From NCBI GenBank assembly GCA_045576595.1, contig JAZNGV010000031.1:13903-77902 (forward strand): a stretch of DNA of 64,000 nucleotides, given 5' to 3'. This DNA is from Paludibacteraceae bacterium (GTDB lineage Bacteria; Bacteroidota; Bacteroidia; Bacteroidales; Paludibacteraceae). The translations under genes were made by a program, and so were the position numbers. Position 1 is the stretch's first letter. Each line of letters begins with the position of its first letter. Under the pieces are notes generated by a model. That model was not told where the DNA came from. It worked only from the letters and a program-made list of their open reading frames with translations, and ran no database searches. Positions 6,704-13,901 of this stretch are shown piece by piece.

Positions 6704-8980
6704 ATGAGCAATTATTCTTTTAACTATTCTTTCAACATCTCGGGCAACTGTAATACGGTAGTCAATGAGATGGCAGAGGGTGTTAATACCCTCAAAAAGA
6801 ATCTATCAGAGGCAACCTCTTTTTGGGATTCTTTCGAGGGAAAATTGCTTGGTCTGAACCAATTTATAGAATACTTTGATCGGTTGGGTCAAAGCTTTGA
6901 GAATATGCAACGCCCTGGCGCAGAACTCAATGCTTCGCTTGCAGATCTACAAGCAATATCCAACGCTACAAGTAAAGAGTTAGAAACGATCGAGCGGTTC
7001 GCTCGTTCTACAGCAAAGGAGTTTGGCGGTTCTGCAGCACAATCTGTGGAATCGTACAAACTTTTGTTGTCCCAATTATCTCCTGAACTTACCAAGGATA
7101 GTGCAGCTCTTGCTGCAATGGGTAAGAATATCGCCATATTAAGTAAGACGATGGGTGGAGATACTACAGCAGCTGCTGAGGTCTTGACTACTGCGATGAA
7201 CCAATATGGTGTTTCGCTTGCGGATCCAATGGCTGCAAGTCGAAAAATGGCGGAAATGATGAACATCATGGCTGCCGCAGGTCGTGAGGGTTCTGCCGAA
7301 CTGCCAACAATAAAAGTTGCACTTGAGCAATGTGGTATGGCAGCCAAGGCTGCAGGCGTTTCATTTGCCGAAACTAATGCTGCGATACAGGTACTTGATA
7401 AAGCTGGTAAAAAAGGCAGTGAGGGTGGTGTTGCCTTGCGTAATGTTATGACTACACTTGCACGCGGGCGTTTCTTGCCTAAAGATGTACGCGAGGAATT
7501 GAATGCTGCAGGCGTTGATATTAACAAACTGACGGACAACTCCAAGAGCCTTGCAGATCGCCTTATATTCTTAAAGCCTGTAATGAATGACGCAGCTCTA
7601 TTTAGTAAATTATTTGGTCGTGAGAATACTAATGCTGCAATGGCGTTGATACAAGGCATTGATCAAGTAAAAGAATGGACAGAAGCCATTACAGGTACCA
7701 ATACTGCTGTAGAGCAAAGTCAAATCATTATGGAATCTTATAATGAACGACTTTCTCGCATACAATCCAATTTTGATAATTTCAAAATCTCCATTTTCAA
7801 TGTTACAGGAGATTTTGGTATTTGGATGTCCGTGATGATGAAATCACTAACCCCACTTGCCCAACTATCTCCTTTGATTATTGGTGTTGGAAAGGCAATG
7901 TTGTTTGTTCGTGCATTGGACTGGGGTGGTATGTGGAAAAAGATACGCAATCACATTATAGCGACTACAATTAGTCTTAACTCTCTTGGGATGACATTGG
8001 GATTGACCTCTATCAGTTTTACGGCATTCAAGACAGTTGCTGTTAATGCTTGCCGTGCCGTGAGTGTTGCGATTATGAATATCCCTATTCTTGGCTGGAT
8101 TGCAGCAGCTATTGCAGCTATCATTGCAATCATACAAACACTATGGAATAAATGCAAAGGATTTCGTGTGTTCATATTTACCACTTGGGAGGTTATTAAG
8201 CGAATCTTTGGAATGATAGGTATGCTGTTTAATAAGTTGTGGGGATGGATCACAGGTGGGGTAAAAGAAGCAACTGCAAAATTGACGGATTTCTTCCAAT
8301 GGTTTGTCGGGGCTATTCAAGAACCTATTGCAAAAGTAAAAGCTTTTTTTGGTTCTATTGGCGAATGGTTACGGAATGTGGGAACATTGATAGTTAATTC
8401 TATGCGAGGCGTCTTGGCGCGTTTTAAGGAACTTGGTCAGCGCATAAAATCTTGGGTATCTGGCATTGCTCAAACAATTGCCGATAAATTTTCTACAGTT
8501 TTCGAACCTTTGATAACCACATGCCAAGCTGCAATAAATAAGATTAAAGGATTTTTTGCAAAGGCGATTAATTGGATTCGTGATCAGTTTAATAGCGTCG
8601 TTGGTTGGATTGTTGAGGCATACAACAAAGCAGCAAAAGTATTCGGTTGGGAAGAAATTAAGGCGGCAGGTAAAGCACGAGCTGATGAAAGTTGGGGGGA
8701 AGATCACCCCGAGAATAATCCTGTAGGCGCAGGGACAGGTAGTTCTACAGTAGGTGGAGAGGGGTTTGTAGAAAATGATCCAATTGCAACAGGAATAAAC
8801 GGTATAGGTGGTTCTGCTGATAAAACTGATCGCATAAAGAACATAAACATTACCATTGATAAATTGATAGACACATTTACAATTCAAACAACGAACATGC
8901 AGGAAAGCACAGAACGCATAAAGGGTATGGTTGCCGAAGCCTTGTTATCTGCGGTTAATGATGTAAACCTTGCTTTGTAA
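6704..8980 (+). CDS. Tail tape measure protein
   Basis: 758 aa, the largest tail ORF, downstream of the frameshifted chaperone. It has an Ala/Gly-rich helical N-half (AKEFGGSAAQSVESYKLLLSQL), a central hydrophobic block and a Gly-rich C-terminus. Confidence 0.85.
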   Translation: MSNYSFNYSFNISGNCNTVVNEMAEGVNTLKKNLSEATSFWDSFEGKLLGLNQFIEYFDRLGQSFENMQRPGAELNASLADLQAISNATSKELETIERFARSTAKEFGGSAAQSVESYKLLLSQLSPELTKDSAALAAMGKNIAILSKTMGGDTTAAAEVLTTAMNQYGVSLADPMAASRKMAEMMNIMAAAGREGSAELPTIKVALEQCGMAAKAAGVSFAETNAAIQVLDKAGKKGSEGGVALRNVMTTLARGRFLPKDVREELNAAGVDINKLTDNSKSLADRLIFLKPVMNDAALFSKLFGRENTNAAMALIQGIDQVKEWTEAITGTNTAVEQSQIIMESYNERLSRIQSNFDNFKISIFNVTGDFGIWMSVMMKSLTPLAQLSPLIIGVGKAMLFVRALDWGGMWKKIRNHIIATTISLNSLGMTLGLTSISFTAFKTVAVNACRAVSVAIMNIPILGWIAAAIAAIIAIIQTLWNKCKGFRVFIFTTWEVIKRIFGMIGMLFNKLWGWITGGVKEATAKLTDFFQWFVGAIQEPIAKVKAFFGSIGEWLRNVGTLIVNSMRGVLARFKELGQRIKSWVSGIAQTIADKFSTVFEPLITTCQAAINKIKGFFAKAINWIRDQFNSVVGWIVEAYNKAAKVFGWEEIKAAGKARADESWGEDHPENNPVGAGTGSSTVGGEGFVENDPIATGINGIGGSADKTDRIKNINITIDKLIDTFTIQTTNMQESTERIKGMVAEALLSAVNDVNLAL

Positions 8981-8983
8981 GAT

Positions 8984-9646
8984 ATGAGAAACTATAATTT
9001 ACAAATAGTAAATGCTGCCTTGGTAGCTGCAAGTGTTGCGTCGCAGGTTGTGCGTCCATTACTGTATAAATTCAAGCCGTTAGATCAATCAGAAGCGACT
9101 GACTATAAACTTGGCGATTTGCGCAATCAGGTTGTATCATCCGCTGTTTCTACAGGAGATCGTTCTATTTCGCTTGCAGAAACAAAATGGCAAGGGAATG
9201 AGGATTATTGGCTGGGGCGTAATGTGCTAACAGATTTGGTTGTTCGTGTTCCTGAAAAGGGAGTACTAACAATCCCTGATGTAACAATCAATATATCAAA
9301 GCAGAAAGAAATTGTGAAGACTGCCATTGTGGGGCGTGCAGGAACCATTAAGGAATATATTACTGATGGCGACTATCAATTATCAATTAGTATTGGTATT
9401 GTGTCTGTTGATGAGAATAACCAAATCATTGACCAATATCCTGAAAGTGCTATCAGTACATTGCGCGAAGTCCTCGAAGAAAACCAATCGCTCGAAGCGA
9501 GTAGTACATTTTTGGATGTGTTTGGCATTAACAAAATTGTAGTGACTGGTTTTTCTGCAAAGCAAATGACATACGCCAATAGACAAGTTGTAGAGGTTTC
9601 TGCCTTGTCTGATGACGATTATATTATACAATCTACTGACTATTAA
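8984..9646 (+). CDS. Tail/baseplate-module protein, unknown function
   Basis: 220-aa ORF immediately after the tape measure gene. Called from position only. Confidence 0.4.
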   Translation: MRNYNLQIVNAALVAASVASQVVRPLLYKFKPLDQSEATDYKLGDLRNQVVSSAVSTGDRSISLAETKWQGNEDYWLGRNVLTDLVVRVPEKGVLTIPDVTINISKQKEIVKTAIVGRAGTIKEYITDGDYQLSISIGIVSVDENNQIIDQYPESAISTLREVLEENQSLEASSTFLDVFGINKIVVTGFSAKQMTYANRQVVEVSALSDDDYIIQSTDY

Positions 9647-9671
9647 ATACCGTTTAATCATTATTTAAGCC

Positions 9672-10631
9672 GTGCTTAAATTGTGTTCAAAAATAGAAAT
9701 TAAGGGTAGTAAGACATGGGTATTTGAAAAGATTACCTCATGTGAAATCGTGCGAGACATGGACGCACTGACTACGACTTGTACGCTTGTACTTCCTCGT
9801 AAAATACAATGGCAAGGAGAAAGTTCTAACCCTATCAAGCGCGGTGACCAAGTAACGGTATGGCTTGGCTATGATGATGATTTGCAATTGGCATTCCAAG
9901 GGTATGTGTTACAAAAGGGCTTTAAGGCACCTATAGAAATTAAGTGTGAGGATGAGATGTTTGTGTTGAAGCAAACACCTGCTGTCAAAAAGACATATAA
10001 GAATGTCACAGTTGAAAATCTGTTGAAAGATCAAAATCTAAATTACACACTCAAGGTGCTTGGGGAGCAAAATGTTGGGCAATATCGTGTAAATGTGGAC
10101 AATGTGGCTGAACTATTAGCACACCTTAAAGAAAATAGTATAAAAACATTCTTTCGTTTGGAAGATGAAAAACCTGTATTATATTGCGGTGTAATGTTTG
10201 ATCATAATACAGGCATACGACAAGTTTTTGAAACAGGTGTAAATATAATATCGGATAGTAGTCTTGATGAGCAAAATTCTGAAGATGTAAAGATAAAGTT
10301 AAAAGTCGTTAGTTTACAACCTGACAATAAGAATAAGATTAAGGTAGAGGTTGGGGATAATGACGGAGAACGTCGCACTATACATTGCTATGGAAAAAAT
10401 GAATCAGAGGCGAAAGCGTGGGGGGAGCAAGAATTGGAACGATTAAAGCGCGATGGACTTACAGGATCATTTACAACTTTCGGGCATGTGTTGCTTGATA
10501 GGCTTGACATTATTGGTGTAAAGATAAATGGTGAGCGCAAAGGTAAGTATCAAGTACAAAAGAATACAATCACATTTGGGGCGGGAGGATTCCGTCAAGA
10601 CATAACACTTGGAGCGAGGGTAGCAGAATGA
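9672..10631 (+). CDS. Baseplate hub / late-control-D (Mu P-like) tail protein (probable)
   Basis: 319 aa with GDQVTVWLGYDDDLQLAFQGYV-type N-terminal region. Its position matches gpD/Mu-P homologues. GTG start is uncertain. Confidence 0.5.
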   Translation: MLKLCSKIEIKGSKTWVFEKITSCEIVRDMDALTTTCTLVLPRKIQWQGESSNPIKRGDQVTVWLGYDDDLQLAFQGYVLQKGFKAPIEIKCEDEMFVLKQTPAVKKTYKNVTVENLLKDQNLNYTLKVLGEQNVGQYRVNVDNVAELLAHLKENSIKTFFRLEDEKPVLYCGVMFDHNTGIRQVFETGVNIISDSSLDEQNSEDVKIKLKVVSLQPDNKNKIKVEVGDNDGERRTIHCYGKNESEAKAWGEQELERLKRDGLTGSFTTFGHVLLDRLDIIGVKINGERKGKYQVQKNTITFGAGGFRQDITLGARVAE

Positions 10632-11230
10632 ATATAGCAGATATTATACGGCAGATAGTTTTAGGTGGGAACTTGGAACTGTATTTCAAAGTTTGCATTG
10701 TGGATGAGATAGATGAAGAGGCACGTACTATTGAATGTACACCTATTGATGAGAGCGCACCTTTTACAGGTGTAAATTTACAGGCAGATCAAAATGGAGA
10801 GGATGGTGTGGTTTTATTTCCTGCTAAAGATTCGTATGTGGTTGTCGGCTTTCTTAATCCATCAGTCGCTTGTGTGGTACTCACTACCAAAATAACCAAG
10901 GTAATACTAACAACAGAAAAAGTTGCTATTGAGGTAACGGATCAAACGGCAGAGATAAAGATCAACGATGGATCTGTGTTGAAATTAGAGGATGGTAAAG
11001 TTACTTTTAACGATGGTAGCGAAACTATGATTAACGGCAATGAGTTGAAGACACAGTTACAAACGATGTCGGGGCGAATAGACGCAATCATAAATGCTAT
11101 TTCATCGGCACCCATAGCCCCTATGGATGGCGGAGCTACTTTTAAGGGTGCATTAGTGGCAAGTCTTGCTCCTCATTTGGCAAACAAAGAGAACTTCACA
11201 CAAATAGTAGATGATAATATCAAACACTAA
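10628..11230 (+). CDS. Baseplate spike / gpV-like protein (probable)
   Basis: 200 aa, 4-nt overlap with the previous gene. N-terminal OB-like region is followed by beta-rich repeats (KVILTTEKVAIEVTDQTAEIKINDGSVLKLEDGKVTFNDGS). Confidence 0.45.
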   Translation: MNIADIIRQIVLGGNLELYFKVCIVDEIDEEARTIECTPIDESAPFTGVNLQADQNGEDGVVLFPAKDSYVVVGFLNPSVACVVLTTKITKVILTTEKVAIEVTDQTAEIKINDGSVLKLEDGKVTFNDGSETMINGNELKTQLQTMSGRIDAIINAISSAPIAPMDGGATFKGALVASLAPHLANKENFTQIVDDNIKH

Positions 11231-11436
11231 TGGCATTTAATAAAGAAGACATACAACAAGCTCTTGAAATTGGTTTTGCGAGGATTGAGTCCGAAGCGTC
11301 TGCAAATTATCCTGCTACTAAGATTGTTGCAGAAACAATCGTTGCAGCTATTGAGAAAGCATTCCAAGAAGCGGAGGTAACGGCAACAGCCACCATAGAT
11401 AATAAAACAATCAATATACAAGGAGAATTAAAATGA
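11230..11436 (+). CDS. Small baseplate-module protein
   Basis: 68-aa ORF translationally coupled on both sides (overlaps taATGg and ATGA). Confidence 0.4.
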   Translation: MAFNKEDIQQALEIGFARIESEASANYPATKIVAETIVAAIEKAFQEAEVTATATIDNKTINIQGELK

Positions 11437-11708
11437 TTGGACTTACAGTTGATACAGCTACAGGCGATTTGTTAGTAGAAAACGGTAGCCTTGTACTTTC
11501 GGAAATATCTTCGCAAGTCATTGAGCATGTTGTTCGCGCCAATCGCGGAGAATATCGAACTCAACCATTGGTAGGTGCCGAGGTTATTAAATTACAGCAT
11601 GGTTCTACCTCGCGTTTGTGGTGTGCGCGTGCAAAGAAGATGTGTCAAGCCGCAGGTGTAGAGGTAAAGCATGTAAGTGTAAACGGCAATAATATCAAAG
11701 TTGAATAA
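11433..11708 (+). CDS. Small baseplate-module protein (gpW/gp25 position)
   Basis: 91-aa ORF with overlapping start and stop codons with its neighbours. Confidence 0.4.
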   Translation: MIGLTVDTATGDLLVENGSLVLSEISSQVIEHVVRANRGEYRTQPLVGAEVIKLQHGSTSRLWCARAKKMCQAAGVEVKHVSVNGNNIKVE

Positions 11709-12067
11709 TGAAAGTTTTTGTACAAGATAGACAATGTATCGCCGATATTGCCTTGCAAGTTTGTGGATCGTTAGAGGCGGCATTAGTAATAGCAGAACGC
11801 AATGGTTTGTCTATTACGGATGATTTAGTTGTAGGGCAAGTGTTAGATTATGATCTTACAGATGTATTAAACAAGCAGGTGGTTAGCGTTTATAAGGTGG
11901 ATGGCGTAATTCCAGCAAGCATGGTGCATGATACGCTTACAGAGGAATTGAAAACCGTTATAGGAGAAGATACAGGTATGGAAGATATACAAGGTGTCGC
12001 AGATCCTACCAAGACACCAATATTTACAAATGTATTTACAAAGCAGTTTAACATTCAATTTGCATAA
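11708..12067 (+). CDS. LysM-like tail protein X (gpX-like)
   Basis: N-terminus VFVQDRQCIADIALQVCGSLEAALVIAERNGLSITDDLVVGQVLDY fits the LysM-type fold of P2 gpX-like proteins. Confidence 0.5.
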   Translation: MKVFVQDRQCIADIALQVCGSLEAALVIAERNGLSITDDLVVGQVLDYDLTDVLNKQVVSVYKVDGVIPASMVHDTLTEELKTVIGEDTGMEDIQGVADPTKTPIFTNVFTKQFNIQFA

Positions 12068-12069
12068 AA

Positions 12070-13215
12070 ATGAAAAACGAATTTAACACAGAGGAACTTC
12101 GCAATACAGCGGAGGAGATTCAAAATGCTGTAATGGCAAAAAGTATTACCCCCGAAATGGTCGGTGGCACATTGTTAGCGTTAGTTAATGCACAAGGCGA
12201 GGTAATCGAATCCTTTGGCAACTTTCAGCGCGAACGCGTAACGGTTAAGGTAAACGCTTACGATGGCAGTCAGCGTGCAGATGTGACAGGCGCAAAGGTT
12301 TATTTAGACATGTTCTCCGCAGGAACGCCAATTGTTAATGTGCCTCGTCAAGAGTTAGAGGTGGATGAAAATGGAGAGGTGTCATTTGAAGTTATACATG
12401 GATATCATTATTCTGTAGTGTCAAAGTTGGATGGCTTTGGAGCTTCGTTCCAACTTACATTTCAAGCTTCCCAAGAAAGTCGTATCATTGCATTATGGAA
12501 TTTGCCATTAGGTGTGTTCTATTTAGGTGCTGCTGGTTATTGGAGAGAAACAAATGAGGAGACAGGCGATGGTGTTTATCGCTACATTCCATACATAACA
12601 GAGGAATATATTAATGATTGGGATATGCGCAGAGAATATGCCGAATGGGGATTGACTGATGAAGAAACTTGGGACGATGATTATTATGGTTGGTTTATCC
12701 TTATATCTACAGAAAAAGGATCGTTTATGATAGACAGCGATTCTTATTCAGAAGACTATAAGACATGGACTTCAAATCGCTTCTATGGGAAAAATATCCC
12801 AACCATGCATGCATATGATTATGAAAATAGAGATTGGGAAATAGCTCAAGAGGAAGCTCGACAGGATATGGATGGCAATTTGAATACGGCAAAGCTACTT
12901 GCGTTCTGTGGATCAGAAGCCCCTGCAGCTGCATGGTGCGCAAATAGTCAGACCGATTATAGGATTAATCGTTGGCTTCCATCATGTGGCGAACTATATC
13001 TAATGTTCCTTAATGGATCAGTGATTGATTCGTTGATGGAACCTGCAATAGAGGATGGATATAACCTGCGTAAGATTCTTGATGATTATAACTGGCATTG
13101 GTCAAGTACTGAATGTAACGCGCGGTGTGCGTGGGGCGTGAGTATCGGCAACGGAGTCGCGGCAGCCGTAGGATTACCGCAACTATGTGCGTGCGGTGTC
13201 GGCTTTTCTCTTTGA
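12070..13215 (+). CDS. DGR variable (target) protein, DUF1566/C-type-lectin-fold-like C-terminus carrying the VR; probable receptor-binding tail protein
   Basis: C-terminus WLPSCGELYLMF...NWHWSSTECNARCAWGVSIGNG... The last ~30 codons are the VR. As read, the C-terminal 16 aa are out of frame relative to the TR-encoded motif. Confidence 0.8.
   Translation: MKNEFNTEELRNTAEEIQNAVMAKSITPEMVGGTLLALVNAQGEVIESFGNFQRERVTVKVNAYDGSQRADVTGAKVYLDMFSAGTPIVNVPRQELEVDENGEVSFEVIHGYHYSVVSKLDGFGASFQLTFQASQESRIIALWNLPLGVFYLGAAGYWRETNEETGDGVYRYIPYITEEYINDWDMRREYAEWGLTDEETWDDDYYGWFILISTEKGSFMIDSDSYSEDYKTWTSNRFYGKNIPTMHAYDYENRDWEIAQEEARQDMDGNLNTAKLLAFCGSEAPAAAWCANSQTDYRINRWLPSCGELYLMFLNGSVIDSLMEPAIEDGYNLRKILDDYNWHWSSTECNARCAWGVSIGNGVAAAVGLPQLCACGVGFSL
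13118..13215 (+). repeat. DGR variable repeat (VR) with IMH-like GC-rich 3' end
   Basis: Aligns to 13798-13900. 16 differences fall at TR adenines. The closing 20-mer ctatgtgcgtgcggtgtcgg (13183-13202) is identical. VR is 5 nt shorter than TR. Confidence 0.9.
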
Positions 13216-13235
13216 TTCTTAACCCTTTATCCTTT

Positions 13236-13262
13236 GCGCTTCGCTTTTTAGGAGCGAAGCGC
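13236..13262 (+). terminator. Perfect 10-bp hairpin + T-tract downstream of VR (terminator and/or DGR homing hairpin)
   Basis: gcgcttcgct-ttttagg-agcgaagcgc followed by ataaatttttttt, 21 nt after the VR/stop codon. Confidence 0.7.
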
Positions 13263-13307
13263 ATAAATTTTTTTTGAAAAATCTTTGATTATCCAACAAA
13301 AAAGCAG

Positions 13308-13315
13308 TACCTTTG
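13308..13315 (+). promoter_or_regulatory. Bacteroidetes -7 promoter box TAccTTTG for avd-TR-RT
   Basis: aaaaaagcagTAccTTTGcactcgaattATG. It shares its A-rich upstream context with other promoters in the window. Confidence 0.6.
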
Positions 13316-13325
13316 CACTCGAATT

Positions 13326-13691
13326 ATGGCAGCAAACACAGCAAAAGCATATAAGGATATGTATCAGATTATACAAATGATGTGTAGTCTGTCGGATAGT
13401 GTACCTGTAAAATGGCGACGTTGGTTGTGGGAAAAAGCACTTGATACAGCGAGTGATCTCATTGCGCTTATTGTGTATGCCTACGATGAGAAAAGCCTAC
13501 AAACAAAACTTGCATACATAGACAAGTGCCTTACCAAATTTACAGTACTTAATACTTATTTGCGATTGAGCAATGAGAATGCCATAATACCTACTCAAAA
13601 ATTTGTGAATATATCGGAACTAATGGCTGATATTTCCCAACAGTTAGCTGCGTGGCGCAAAGGCACGGCTGAGAGACTAAAAGGTGTGTAA
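13326..13691 (+). CDS. avd: Accessory variability determinant (Avd, four-helix-bundle protein)
   Basis: 121-aa helical, basic ORF (KWRRWLWEKALDTASDLIALIVYAYDE...AAWRKGTAERLKG) located between the target gene and the TR. Confidence 0.75.
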   Translation: MAANTAKAYKDMYQIIQMMCSLSDSVPVKWRRWLWEKALDTASDLIALIVYAYDEKSLQTKLAYIDKCLTKFTVLNTYLRLSNENAIIPTQKFVNISELMADISQQLAAWRKGTAERLKGV

Positions 13692-13797
13692 ACGAGTGTC
13701 CCAACGGTTACGGCTTTTGGGAGTGAGTAATTTTCTTAATGAAAAGGTCTGCGTACTCTCATTTAGAGTTAAGAGCAAGTTAATCGCAGAAGAAAAT

Positions 13798-13900
13798 GCG
13801 CGTGGTGTGCGTGGAACGTGAATATCAACAACGGAAACACGAACAACAACAATAGGAATAACAACAACTATGTGCGTGCGGTGTCGGAATTTCATTTGAA
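13798..13900 (+). repeat. DGR template repeat (TR)
   Basis: AAC/AAT-rich: it would encode CAWNVNINNGNTNNNNRNNNNYVRAVSEF. Non-coding position between avd and RT. It is the invariant partner of VR 13118-13215. Confidence 0.9.
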
Positions 13901-13901
13901 A

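Noticed and set aside
6889-7659. 256-aa minus-strand ORF inside the tape measure gene
   Set aside because: It is an Ala/Ser/Pro-rich mirror-frame ORF fully antisense to a well-supported long gene, with no promoter or independent signal. The other antisense ORFs within 6704-8980 are rejected for the same reason.
13818-13901. ORF-track N-terminal extension of the RT (MNINNGNTNNNNRNNNNYVRAVSEFHLK)
   Set aside because: This is simply the TR read in frame. The Asn-rich sequence comes from the AAC/AAT template codons. ATG 13902 follows directly and gives a normal RT N-terminus.
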